IMG/VR virus record: IMGVR_UViG_3300044620_000592
Coordinates: 32,001 to 96,000 of that record
Strand: one strand, 5' to 3'
Length of the DNA stretch: 64,000 bases
Origin: a virus
In this document: positions 10,901-19,166 of the stretch, one piece after another
Layout: every line of letters starts with the position of its first letter
Numbering within the stretch: the stretch's first letter is position 1
The notes under the pieces: generated by a model
Databases searched by the model: none
What the model was told of the DNA's origin: nothing
The model's input: only the letters and a program-made list of their open reading frames with translations
Position numbers and translations under genes: made by a program

Positions 10901-13900
10901 TCTAGATTCTTCATTACAAGCATTACAGCAACGCCGATTGCAAGAATTATAATTCCAATACCAGAAGCGATAAGTGTTAACTTCATTATCTTCAGAGCAG
11001 CTGTCCCAAGATTTGTTGATGTTACAAAACCTTTCATCGCAGCAGACATTCTTGCAAAGAATCTTGGCGCTTCAACGCCAGCAGCAGCATGCTGCATTCT
11101 TAATGCAAGCATTGCATCTTTAGCGCCTTTTACACTCTTCTTGTATCCTTCTATTGGAGCAGTTGCAAGACCCTTGGCTGTACCGCCAAGTTCTTTTATT
11201 CTGTCGGGAGCAGCTTCTCTTGATCTTCCTACTGCTTCTGCGACTTGAGCAGCTCTTCCTTTAATTCCACCTCTGTAGATATCCGATGCTCTGTCAGCAG
11301 TAATTTCTCTGCCCTTATACATATTTTGCCCAGTGAATACATCAAGATCTAAATTTTTTCTACTAAGCGTTCTCTTGGCTAATGTTCTCTTTTCAAGAGT
11401 CTCTCTAGTATCCTCATAAGCCTGCAGAGCATCTTTCTCTCCAGTGGTCATTCTTCTAAAACGACCACTCGCTCCTCTGATACCGGCCGCTCCTGAAGTA
11501 ACACCAGATGCCTGCAGAGCGACTGCCTCCTGCACCATGTCGCCTACGGACTTTGAGAATCGACCACCAGGACCTCTACCACCTGTAGTTGGATAACCTT
11601 TAGCCAACAAACTTTGTTTGATCATCTCTTCAGTTTTTCTTAGGATTTCTCTTTCATCTGCATCCATTGGCCCCATACGACCACTGGGGCCTCTTACTCC
11701 CGCAGCGCCAGACATAACCCCAGTTTTCTGAAGCTTCAAAGCAGATTTCATTTGGGATGTAAAAGAAGGTTTTGCAGCAACAGGTGCGCCAGTAATTGGG
11801 TCAATAACTGAAGTACCAGTAATTGGAGCTAATGATTCTCTAACTGCTTTTTGAGCATTAACTTGTCTAGACAATGCCATTGGAGCAGTGCTTTGCTCTT
11901 GCAAAGCACCAGTCATTAATCCAATTTTATTTGCGAGTCTTCCAACCGGACCTTCACCAGATGCAAGAGTTGCAAGGAATGTCGCAAACTTCCCATTTGT
12001 ATTAACAACGGTATCACCAACAACAGTTAATGGCTTAGATAGTCTAAGCATTGCTGATGAACTAGCAACAGCTTCAACTGACAATGTTTTAAGGGATGGC
12101 AAAAAGGAGAGAAGGACTTTCGCAACGCTACCCATTGCAAGTCTAAACTGACCGAAGACAAAGATGAGTGGTCCAATTGCAGCAGTTGCTCCAGCAACAA
12201 GAAGAGCAACAGTTGATATTAATTGCTTAGTTCTACCATCAAGACTAGACCATGCAGTAATCAACTTATTTGAAATATCTGTAATTTTTTCTATTGCAGG
12301 TCTTGCCCCTTTGATGATATCAGTAGCAAAAGCTTTAAAGTTGTTTTTAAGAATTGATATTTGTGTGTCAAGAGAACCTAATGCGACATCTAATTCTCTT
12401 TGTGCAACCTCAGCAGCGTTGGCTGCGCCTGCAAGTTGAATAAAGCTAGCTCGACCAGCCTCCGTATTAACTTGACCAATTAAGTCTACTCCTTCTGTTC
12501 TTTGAGCTTTTACAATCTCATCAGTAACAGCTTGTCTAACTTTTCTAGCTTCTTTAACTTGCGCTAGAGTTACTCTACCAAAACCATCAATTTGCGCCGT
12601 TTCTCCCTCTTTAATCTGAGCTGTTGCAATTCTGGCAATAATTCCAATATCTTGATAACTCTTAATAAGAGGAAGGTTTGCATTAGATGACTTATTAGCC
12701 GAAATTATTGCTTGGTTTGCAAATCCTTGGAGTTTCTTTTCTGCAGACTCTAAACTTACAGTATTTGATTTAAGAACTTCATCAAAGTCTGCCATCTGAG
12801 CAAGTGCAACTTCCATTCTTGGACCTTGACGAACACCAAAAACTTTTGCAAAGAACTCCATTGCGCCTTCTTGACCTGCTGCGCTGTTCTTTAGTTCATT
12901 AAAACCATCAATAAGAGATTGAATAGCATCAAGACCAGTACCTTTAATTGCGGTAAAGTTAGTATCATACTCTTTTGATAATCTTCTAAACAAGTCAGCA
13001 TTTTGCTTTGTTGGAGCAACAAGTCTCTGCAAAGAAACTTTAATTGAGTTAGCGGATGCTCCAACTTCAAAACCAGCAGCCTTCATTGGAGCAAGCATTC
13101 CAGCAAGTTCAGTCATTGAAAGACCAAATGAGGAACCAGCAGCAGCGACTTCTGGGAAAGCATCTCCCAAGTCTCTTAGAGTCAATGCAGTTACGTTTTC
13201 AACAGAGTTGAAAAGATTTAATTGAGCAGTTGCTGCGCCGATTGCAGCAATTTCTCTTTCTTCAAAGGTCATCTTTCTAGATTGACCCGACATTTGCATA
13301 GCTCGCTGAGCTTGGAAGTAAAGGCTTTGTACAAGATCTTTGGCTGCACCAATATCCATGTCACCAAGTTTTTCAGTAACAGCAGCTAATTCAGTAATCT
13401 TTGCAATGCTCTCTTCGCTTTGGATACCTAATTCAGCAAAGTCTCCTGCCAATCCGACTGTTAAACTCTTGGCAAGACCGAATCTATTGCTAATTTTTCC
13501 AAGAGATTTATCAAGCCTGTCATAGCGATCAACCATTCCTTGAAGTTGCTTAGATTGCTCCTTAGTTGCCCCAACAAGGTCAACATTCATCTTCTTCGCA
13601 GCGGCCTCAAGATTTGGTGCAACATTTTCAAGAACTTTATTTAATCTTACAAATTCTTTATCAACTGACACAAGAGCTTGGAGACCGTATCTTGCAAAAC
13701 CAACCATTGGGGTTGTAAGACCAATAATAAGACTTCGACCAACGAACTGCGCATCCTTGCCAAGACGCTTCTGCTCTTGCGCTACGCTCTTTAAGTCCTC
13801 TGTAAGACCTCTTAGACGAATTCCCTTTAAAGCAGACTCATAAGCCTTAAGGTCGGAAACAGCGGCTTTTCTGAATGAGGCAGATGCTCCAGTAGCAAAC

Positions 13901-14190
13901 TTAAACTCTGTGCCCATTCCGGCAATTTCTTTTCTTACCCTTCCAATCTCATTGGTAAGAACAGAGTTGTTTCTAGAAAGTTGATCAATTGTTTTAGCGT
14001 GAGCTTTTAATGATGAGTCAGCAGAGCCTACAGCAGCAGAGAGAGCCTTGCTTCTTGCGCTAAGGTTGTTCATTGGGGCTACAGAACCCCTTACAACAGC
14101 ATTGAGCTGTTGCATAGCATTGCTAAGCTTATAAACATCCGCTACGCCCGCAGTCGCTACGGCAATTACAATATCTACATCACTAGCCAT
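4987..14190 (-). CDS. Tape measure protein (3067 aa) with probable C-terminal cargo domains
   Basis: Very long Ala/Gly-rich helical ORF after tail chaperones; TMP core (SLKVSLQRL-like SIKVSLQRL), hydrophobic segments, two PA(I/L)LHGGE(F/Y)VV motifs. Confidence 0.92.
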   Translation of the reverse strand: MASDVDIVIAVATAGVADVYKLSNAMQQLNAVVRGSVAPMNNLSARSKALSAAVGSADSSLKAHAKTIDQLSRNNSVLTNEIGRVRKEIAGMGTEFKFATGASASFRKAAVSDLKAYESALKGIRLRGLTEDLKSVAQEQKRLGKDAQFVGRSLIIGLTTPMVGFARYGLQALVSVDKEFVRLNKVLENVAPNLEAAAKKMNVDLVGATKEQSKQLQGMVDRYDRLDKSLGKISNRFGLAKSLTVGLAGDFAELGIQSEESIAKITELAAVTEKLGDMDIGAAKDLVQSLYFQAQRAMQMSGQSRKMTFEEREIAAIGAATAQLNLFNSVENVTALTLRDLGDAFPEVAAAGSSFGLSMTELAGMLAPMKAAGFEVGASANSIKVSLQRLVAPTKQNADLFRRLSKEYDTNFTAIKGTGLDAIQSLIDGFNELKNSAAGQEGAMEFFAKVFGVRQGPRMEVALAQMADFDEVLKSNTVSLESAEKKLQGFANQAIISANKSSNANLPLIKSYQDIGIIARIATAQIKEGETAQIDGFGRVTLAQVKEARKVRQAVTDEIVKAQRTEGVDLIGQVNTEAGRASFIQLAGAANAAEVAQRELDVALGSLDTQISILKNNFKAFATDIIKGARPAIEKITDISNKLITAWSSLDGRTKQLISTVALLVAGATAAIGPLIFVFGQFRLAMGSVAKVLLSFLPSLKTLSVEAVASSSAMLRLSKPLTVVGDTVVNTNGKFATFLATLASGEGPVGRLANKIGLMTGALQEQSTAPMALSRQVNAQKAVRESLAPITGTSVIDPITGAPVAAKPSFTSQMKSALKLQKTGVMSGAAGVRGPSGRMGPMDADEREILRKTEEMIKQSLLAKGYPTTGGRGPGGRFSKSVGDMVQEAVALQASGVTSGAAGIRGASGRFRRMTTGEKDALQAYEDTRETLEKRTLAKRTLSRKNLDLDVFTGQNMYKGREITADRASDIYRGGIKGRAAQVAEAVGRSREAAPDRIKELGGTAKGLATAPIEGYKKSVKGAKDAMLALRMQHAAAGVEAPRFFARMSAAMKGFVTSTNLGTAALKIMKLTLIASGIGIIILAIGVAVMLVMKNLDSFKKAGSSGIKTVKEAFTTVKDAVLELVRPIIDLFAHFGNGAKGSEGAVQGLGKAFSGIAVVFKFVANVFKMIVEKFIKPYLYMIINIVGAVVSLFQGNWKKAFSFLMAAVAFAAEFFVNAFAIGFKVIVSLAGGLVKGVVSLIGLLAKGMIEYLVWPITGVLKLASMLPFGIGDKFKGINNKFRSVVNGAKGMVDSATSVVNSTVDKATGAVNGLIDKSAKGIKNKLGGLKKGGIDASKGKVTLGGKGKKDDNVEVDTDPMQEQIANATGEGLSEGADEGAKELAKRAAQALKDIKKEVQEEIASRIKDAMTAVVESITNSLKDQKEASLLIYDAQIKKIEDVAKAEEKLTKEQEYQNKLREAEEQRALNRLNTRRNYAMAVYAGQIDEARAIADAGARQDTEDTKSIGVIRDERVKELAEENRKVMIDSIKEAKENASKYFDEMIKSFTEAAKKITQFPPTTAEEFNTMLNQLIDGGNGFVGAKSIANSMGTVFSESFGGALGQLGVNASGPLTSSLAAIGKTLTENNPFGPTGIWSKTIDASIDALTRKYTGLSQTLTTVIDTNSEAFSKLLTTYTAYQDIVNPAGAGGSSSSGGSGGGGTGAGGSGAGAGGTGTGGGTGNETGLNNLKKGKVTPNQLARVMFANYRNADRNLLVDYLTDAFTIFTKPPVDSSANKFKKFLTENPAIKQTKNSRILTMVRNAYNTGSRSEGYDGYKLYEMGGMLPYSKGGPTEGPVQQGIPAILHGGEFVVRNSAVNKYGWGMMQQINQGTYKPKPFANGGMIDSFAKGGAIKKPKKMVTGGKSKAPERAPDKKIKEDPAQAEWNWQQNNGGFTEAYMDTIGKGESSRGKNWGKKPDWFGRAKTSDGWMGGGLRTADDTWVAYGGLEFGKTADLATKLQQMVVKNRIAIFGWIRNVPVNSPGFPAGATLLNPPLGTGKHGFDRSHLLSLERGLFKGKPEKLKKYRSPEQEFPLPENFNPNMSYISQLGYDPFKNFGSDKGAFNTKASKDAYVNYFRNKPKGFDKITMPFSKPIWIDSFKKIVKGPKNARNFDSFGAYSPDADAVGAFGYYKGGLVKGKKPDEKKPASAADFRKADFLSAFEMQRIGEMAKEQAQEQKKSIWGKIKSAVKKPFVAAKNWASNRLMAEIYGSQTGSGFTGSAVMLNRATNPKYEHVHPSGKPTMLDLPSVRAGAGLAKTLTEFNPITGAYFPLERTFDIHNEGLSGKDRTLAGLQSAVSLIGPDTVFGLNAPRNPSTFLPRVQDSLSNSYWTFINNNKPLNRIYSEARHLKEVIKPPTPTVDIAGRPIKVGPEAWFHYFDERSPMVKSIKEFNPAQTTRSYPNLVSKIFGTRYGNKLGLPKTPKPQKKIISKISDYLIPSKTFSNFGNTSEDWLSMYNDYLVSPSFLRVEQNRLIKENVLSNILESKKGRTGSFTRAMIDFEDYSGRILSNGKRAIKPGTKVGIKTLIDQIMGDRNAFSYPAITIDNLNQVRPMQFDDLINLFLNSKNPNQFVRKYIEQHYDYMSGMGFNMPANMPKRKTHIDLMMKDFRENDFTMSNFFEAVRSQEHIVDPNYASNIVNQIVQRTNSLTDHYQRSAIIYSNKKFFTKSPIFNNMDSFESLMKAGVVDPELLGKMRTSLVMDTATSGRITVGQILDDGISQLSSMSFEIGQMYDKNHYPVTGFKVGMWNSYADTSGKQTTLASIASNRILGAIYEMVMKPLGAKVIYPGSMSKYSFKVASELSETMKSIDPSIEIIGDYSDAVQRLERGDSFNGIGFTGFSRPFTTSANELRNNLLGFSVGRGGISTPEIEARITAATKRIALARIALRKAMKNKEDDFGIGNFNGGLISRANGGIIPGFGSQGVPALLHGGEYVVNASAVKNIGIAALQAMNNMRFNTPKAPSYSGPVNGQSTSTSTTHIYVENFIGEKQWFESMMKDYNVTIAPQNQKAAGLNNTTISTYSGINRGL

Positions 14191-14238
14191 TTGGTACCTC
14201 TTAAATTATCGCATTTTATATTGCAAAACGCAATGAAT

Positions 14239-14577
14239 TTATCCAGCAATTTCAAAGCCAAGGCCAATTGGAATATCTCTATAGTTATCTGCGGTGATTG
14301 AGTTATCCTCTGGAGGAAGTGGATCGTACCAGTCATCATCAAAGTCAACTTCTCCTCCAAATGCAACAGCAGATGCTTTGATTGTTTTTGTATATTCATT
14401 ACCACATGCGCGGTAAAGCAAAAACAACTCATGCAAAAGCAAAGAGTCTTCTAATTCTTCTAAACTTTTCCACGCACCTATTTGTACAAAAACTTCTGAT
14501 TCATACTTCAATAGGGGAAGATCATCCCAAGCGGTTACTTCGCCTGAACTTGCTGACCCTCCCTCTACTGGTTTGGG
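14239..14577 (-). CDS. Tail assembly chaperone, -1 frameshifted C-terminal extension (gpGT-like)
   Basis: The -1 frame after C CCA AAC reads PVEGGSASSGEVTAWDDLPLLKYESEVF..., continuous with ORF 14239..14511. Confidence 0.85.
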   Translation of the reverse strand, partial: PKPVEGGSASSGEVTAWDDLPLLKYESEVFVQIGAWKSLEELEDSLLLHELFLLYRACGNEYTKTIKASAVAFGGEVDFDDDWYDPLPPEDNSITADNYRDIPIGLGFEIAG

Positions 14578-14879
14578 TCGCCACCCATAGCAACTGCCAT
14601 GAGTTCTTGGAATGAACGGAGGTCGAGAGCGTCTTCCAATGCATCATCATCAGCTGCCAACTCTGGGTCAACCTTCTTGAGTGCAATTTTTGCTGCTGCA
14701 ACCATCTTGTCAATGTCCTCATCTGTGAGGTTACCTTCGTCAGTTGTCTTCATATCATTTGCAACCTTCATAAAGTCTCTCAGTGAGCGAATGGTCAGGG
14801 GTTTAATTGTGCGAACTTTTCCGTCAGCAAACACAATGTCTGTACCCTTATACATATCTACATTCTTATTATTAGCCAT
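14565..14879 (-). CDS. Tail assembly chaperone (gpG-like)
   Basis: 104 aa between tail tube and TMP; IKPLTIRSLRDF; ends GGDPNQ over the slippery site. Confidence 0.85.
   Translation of the reverse strand: MANNKNVDMYKGTDIVFADGKVRTIKPLTIRSLRDFMKVANDMKTTDEGNLTDEDIDKMVAAAKIALKKVDPELAADDDALEDALDLRSFQELMAVAMGGDPNQ
14571..14577 (-). other. -1 ribosomal frameshift slippery heptamer C CCA AAC
   Basis: X XXY YYZ in the correct phase, one codon before the TAG, joining two ORFs. Confidence 0.85.
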
Positions 14880-14908
14880 TTTAAAATGTCCTACCTTTGT
14901 CTATAAAA

Positions 14909-14953
14909 AGGGAAAATCCCTTGTGCAATATATTATCACACAAGGGATTGCCC
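14909..14953 (-). terminator. Hairpin/terminator downstream of major tail gene
   Basis: Inverted repeat aatcccttgtg...cacaagggatt followed by a U-rich tract on the minus strand. Confidence 0.55.
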
Positions 14954-14978
14954 TAAGTACCAGTTTGTAGTTTTTTAA

Positions 14979-15572
14979 TTACAGGTCGTCAATAATCTTG
15001 CCGTACTCGTAGTTAGTGTCTGTTGACACTGGGAGGATACGGAAAGAGACTGCAAAGACGGATGCCTCTGCTCTCTTCATGCTGATTGTTGATGATTCCA
15101 TTGAGATTGCTCTCTTTGTTCTGAACTTACGCAACTTCGTTACTGAAGCAGTTGAACCAGGGGCATTGCCCTCGATTTGTACTGCCTTTTCGAATGGGTA
15201 AACGCCTTGTCCACCAAACTTGAAAGTTCTTGTATTTAAACCGTCAAGTGTATTAACGATGTCTGCGCCACTTGAGTCGCTGTTTGCGATTTCCGTGTTG
15301 TAGCTCCACGCAATAGCGAGGTTTCTCAATGTACCTTCAGCCATAGTTGTCTTAACCATAACCTTAACTTTCGATTGAATAACCTTTGCTGCGTCACCGA
15401 ATTGATCAACCTCAATGTCAACCATGTCTGGCTGCCAAGAGATTTCCACACCACCTTGGGTGTAGCCAACATCGGTAAGAGCATCGAAATCTACACCTGT
15501 CATTGTTGTGTTGGAAGCTCCAACTTTAACGACTGCTTCACCGACTACGATATTTGCTGCTTCTGTTGCCAT
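14979..15572 (-). CDS. Major tail (tube) protein
   Basis: 197 aa; NIVVGEA..DVGYTQGGVEISWQPDMVDIEVDQ typical of actinophage tail tube proteins; position. Confidence 0.85.
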   Translation of the reverse strand: MATEAANIVVGEAVVKVGASNTTMTGVDFDALTDVGYTQGGVEISWQPDMVDIEVDQFGDAAKVIQSKVKVMVKTTMAEGTLRNLAIAWSYNTEIANSDSSGADIVNTLDGLNTRTFKFGGQGVYPFEKAVQIEGNAPGSTASVTKLRKFRTKRAISMESSTISMKRAEASVFAVSFRILPVSTDTNYEYGKIIDDL

Positions 15573-15587
15573 TTTTTTTCTCCTAAA

Positions 15588-15782
15588 TTATTCGAGGAAG
15601 AAAATTTTCTTTCCTCTTCTGTCACGCCATTTAGCGATCTTTTTTACATGGTCTGGGTTGACCTCATCTTGCTTTCGACCTATTCCTAAGCCCTTTTGCC
15701 ATTCAAAATCGTAAGTTTTGGAACCCATCCTGACGGTATAACCTTCAGTTTTACCTATGTATGTAATAGTAGTATACTTCAT
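15588..15782 (-). CDS. Hypothetical protein (64 aa)
   Basis: Fills gap; upstream -10 TATGCT close to ATG. Confidence 0.6.
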   Translation of the reverse strand: MKYTTITYIGKTEGYTVRMGSKTYDFEWQKGLGIGRKQDEVNPDHVKKIAKWRDRRGKKIFFLE

Positions 15783-15803
15783 ATCTTATTAGCATACCAT
15801 ACT

Positions 15804-16220
15804 CTAATAAGAAGTTGAGTATATTCTAAAGCTTAAATCCATTTGATACCAGCCTTCTTTCTCCAAAGGCTCCAGCAACCCAGAACCTACAAATATTGCA
15901 GACTTAAATCTATGGTTACTACTCTCAATTCCACCACTATCTCCAATTGTATCACCTCTGCCCAAGAGATAAATCATTCTTTCAGATATTTTAAACATTC
16001 TATCAACATCACTATCATAAATTGAGTAAGTAATATTATCAAACCTATTCCAGTAGGACTCAACTGAAGGAATTGATGGATTAAAATAATAAACAATAAA
16101 CGGAGGAGGCTCTGTTCCATACCCAATAATTGGGAAGAAGTTCATGGTTTTTCCGGCAATCTGTTGAAGGACTGTATCTTCTTTTAGAAAAGTATTAACA
16201 TCATAAACACTTATTGTCAT
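15804..16220 (-). CDS. Tail terminator-like protein
   Basis: 138 aa; PPFIVY motif; position before tail tube. Confidence 0.65.
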   Translation of the reverse strand: MTISVYDVNTFLKEDTVLQQIAGKTMNFFPIIGYGTEPPPFIVYYFNPSIPSVESYWNRFDNITYSIYDSDVDRMFKISERMIYLLGRGDTIGDSGGIESSNHRFKSAIFVGSGLLEPLEKEGWYQMDLSFRIYSTSY

Positions 16221-16774
16221 CTTCCACCTGCTCTACTTCTAATTGATGGCAAATCTGACAAACCAGTTGAACCACCTCTTGGACCAAAGCCAAATCTCTT
16301 AATTGCATACTGCAAGTTCTCTAAAACAATTCTACGAGCATCCTGCTTCACTTCGTCAGCATGACCGCGCATGCTTGGTATCTTTGCAGACCATAAAGCA
16401 CTTGGGTATGGAGGAACAGACTCCGGCCTTAAAACCATTCTGTAAGCACCTCTAGATTTAACTCTATAGGCTTTTCGACCTTTCAAGAAAACCGAGGCAA
16501 CAATAAAGGCATCTGCTCCATTTCTTGTTTTCATACCTTTTTCTGGCTTAATTGTCAACTTATATCCTAAATCTCCACTTGGAGAAATTTCATATGCCAA
16601 GTATCTTGAAGCAGGATACATTGCATAAAGTTTTTGAGATATATTATCTGCGCTTCTGTACAAGCCAGATTGCTGAATTGACGCAATACGATTAGGAAAG
16701 CTATCAATCTTATTAATAAGCGCATCCATTTGCCTTGTTGCATTGGAGTTAATATTCATATTATACATTCTCAA
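16217..16774 (-). CDS. Tail completion/neck protein (HK97 gp10-like position)
   Basis: Basic 185 aa ORF between stopper and terminator; true start may be a later Met. Confidence 0.5.
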   Translation of the reverse strand: MRMYNMNINSNATRQMDALINKIDSFPNRIASIQQSGLYRSADNISQKLYAMYPASRYLAYEISPSGDLGYKLTIKPEKGMKTRNGADAFIVASVFLKGRKAYRVKSRGAYRMVLRPESVPPYPSALWSAKIPSMRGHADEVKQDARRIVLENLQYAIKRFGFGPRGGSTGLSDLPSIRSRAGGR

Positions 16775-17135
16775 CCACCCTTCTTGTAGTGATTAGATAA
16801 TGATGTAATTTGCCTTTATAGCCCATGTACTTGCGAATGCTTATAATCTCTAATGGTCCAGACTCAAGGACAACCCCGGCTCTATCCACGACATTTTGAA
16901 TCCGATTGTTGTAAGTAATATACTGAGCATCTTGGTGTGAGACATAAAACTCATACTGATCAATGTTGTCAATATATGGCTCAATTCTTCTTTCGCTTCG
17001 CTGGGATTGGAATACCGCAGGTATCGTAGCAGCCTTGCTAAAAGTTATTGTCTTTTGACCAGCAGCATTATTACTGGTTATTTTTTCGTATACATCAATC
17101 TTGTGTACAAATCTTAAATAAGTTTTTGCACTCAT
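16761..17135 (-). CDS. Head closure/stopper protein (SPP1 gp16-like)
   Basis: 124 aa; NAAGQK..GKLHHY pattern; position. Confidence 0.65.
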   Translation of the reverse strand: MSAKTYLRFVHKIDVYEKITSNNAAGQKTITFSKAATIPAVFQSQRSERRIEPYIDNIDQYEFYVSHQDAQYITYNNRIQNVVDRAGVVLESGPLEIISIRKYMGYKGKLHHYLITTRRVVENV

Positions 17136-18046
17136 TAGACAACATAATCCATCACAAACAATGTGTAATCCATAAGCAGAACATCAGCCTCGATGTTCCC
17201 AGTTGTCTCATAGAAAGAGTCTTTCATGTAAACAGTAAGAGCATCCATTTCAACTCTTGTCATGCCATGCATTCTGTATTCCGAATCATTATTCATTGCA
17301 TCGGCAATCAGCAAAGAAGCGGCCTGCTTAACATTGTCGGGAATAAATCTCCAGCCAAAGTTGCCAATAATCTGGTATGTAGAGTCAAGATCCCATTTGC
17401 CCAAAACAAAGACTTGCTCTGGCAGGGATGTCTTCCTAAAGCGGATGTTATAGGTTGTATCAAAATTGAAAGGCTGTCTTACCTTCTCAACTTTATCAAC
17501 CGTTTCACTAAGAAGGATTAATTCATCGCTTGTTCCAAAGTCTTGGATAACAGATACTAGATCAGAAACCGGAATTGGGAGTCTCATGCTCGAATAGTTA
17601 TTGCCATTCATCAGCAAGGTTTTATTTTCATAATATTCAAAAGACTGTCCACAGTAGGTGTCAATTGTATTTTTTACCCTTTTGGCAATTGCCTCAAACT
17701 TGGACTCAAATTCATTCTCAAGCTCTGGATATTCATCAAAGAACTCAGCTGCCGTAATGTAGGGGGTAAAGACATTGATGTACTTAGATTGGGTGTATGT
17801 CACCCCAGAAACCGCATAGGTGAAATCAGCCTTGTAACGCCCTGAGGAATTTAAAATATAGATTCCAGAGCTTTGTTGACCAAAGGTGATTGTATAAACC
17901 CCTGTGCCTGTTCTGGTGGCGCTGGTTGGTCCTGAAACCAAATCCCCAAGCTCATGATACAGGGATACCGATACCAGATTTGATGTTGGGTCACTTGGTA
18001 GCGTTAGCGTAAGGGTTTTAGATGTGTTGATCTTTACTTCATCCAT
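17135..18046 (-). CDS. Head-tail adaptor with N-terminal Ig-like domain
   Basis: 303 aa; IDTYCGQSF, GWRFIPDNVKQAASLL, TGNIEADVLL motifs. Confidence 0.75.
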   Translation of the reverse strand: MDEVKINTSKTLTLTLPSDPTSNLVSVSLYHELGDLVSGPTSATRTGTGVYTITFGQQSSGIYILNSSGRYKADFTYAVSGVTYTQSKYINVFTPYITAAEFFDEYPELENEFESKFEAIAKRVKNTIDTYCGQSFEYYENKTLLMNGNNYSSMRLPIPVSDLVSVIQDFGTSDELILLSETVDKVEKVRQPFNFDTTYNIRFRKTSLPEQVFVLGKWDLDSTYQIIGNFGWRFIPDNVKQAASLLIADAMNNDSEYRMHGMTRVEMDALTVYMKDSFYETTGNIEADVLLMDYTLFVMDYVV

Positions 18047-18087
18047 TATGCTTTAATTATACAGCATATAGGTTTAGTTGGTAAATC

Positions 18088-18378
18088 TCAAAACCCCCAA
18101 AAATGTTTCAATATCGATAAACTTGCCAAAACCACCCAAGCGACATTGAAAAGGATGATTGTTGGAAGGGTCTTGCGTGTTGAAGTCCAAATAAGAGCAA
18201 CGCTGGAAATGATGGCAAAAATATATAACCACCAGAATTGCTTGCCGAGAAGAAGCCCTGGGAAGATAATTGCAATCTTGGTAGCAAAGCCACAAGCCTC
18301 TACTGTATTAACACTTGTCCAGTATGAGCGATTACTCATGGTCTTGACAGCATTAATTATTTTTTGAAAAAATTCCAT
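18088..18378 (-). CDS. Small membrane protein (about 3 TM)
   Basis: 96 aa with hydrophobic stretches. Confidence 0.6.
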   Translation of the reverse strand: MEFFQKIINAVKTMSNRSYWTSVNTVEACGFATKIAIIFPGLLLGKQFWWLYIFAIISSVALIWTSTRKTLPTIILFNVAWVVLASLSILKHFWGF

Positions 18379-19166
18379 TTTTTATTTTCTTTTTCTAAAA
18401 TTTCTAAGTCTGTTGATTTTTGTTTTTTTCTATAAAACAAATTTCTATCAGGGGCAATCAAAGAACCTTCTCCAAGTCCTGAAGCCTCTAAGAATCTACT
18501 ATAACTCTCATTACCCCAAACAATTCTCTTAAAAGAATCACGCCTAGTGATGGGAACAAGGTATTGCATCGGAGTTCCTGCGGGGATAGTGAATTCCTTA
18601 TCTGTGGTTATGTTCAACACAACATGTATGTGATGGTAATAATCTGTATGCACAACCCCAGGTACAACCGTGTAGTTAGGATTTGGCTCATGCAACATTG
18701 GCAATGCCATTAATGAAACACCTTTGTGAGTAATATAAAGCCAAGGGGAAACCAGTTTGGGGTATTGCGCCGTTGGTATTTTCTTCAGAGTTGAGAACGG
18801 ACATCCTTCAGAACTTTCATTATCAAATCCTTCAACTGCAAATCCCTTATCCCCATACCTAGACAGTTTTAACTCAAAACGCTTGCCATCAATTGCTGGC
18901 CTTACCGTAACATCTGTCCATAGGGGGATGACAATTCCATGAGTTATATAATCATACGTTCCTTGGCATCGTCTAATTGAACCTTTTTTCTTTGAAAGAT
19001 TTTTCCACCATGAGGGGAGCTGACTCCAAGGGAGGTATGGGGGCAGATGCATCAAACGATTATCAGTAGGAATGACAACAATCTCACCACGCTTGGGCTT
19101 AGGAATGTCTTTTTTATATTGAATAATTTTATATTTGTATTTGCCTGAGCGCCTCAGCATGATCAA
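18357..19166 (-). CDS. Hypothetical protein, DUF6065-like/beta-clip family often found with phage oxygenases
   Basis: PSWWK..IRRCQG..KLVSPW..PGVVHTDYY..IPAGTPMQYLVP motifs. Confidence 0.55.
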   Translation of the reverse strand: MIMLRRSGKYKYKIIQYKKDIPKPKRGEIVVIPTDNRLMHLPPYLPWSQLPSWWKNLSKKKGSIRRCQGTYDYITHGIVIPLWTDVTVRPAIDGKRFELKLSRYGDKGFAVEGFDNESSEGCPFSTLKKIPTAQYPKLVSPWLYITHKGVSLMALPMLHEPNPNYTVVPGVVHTDYYHHIHVVLNITTDKEFTIPAGTPMQYLVPITRRDSFKRIVWGNESYSRFLEASGLGEGSLIAPDRNLFYRKKQKSTDLEILEKENKKWNFFKK

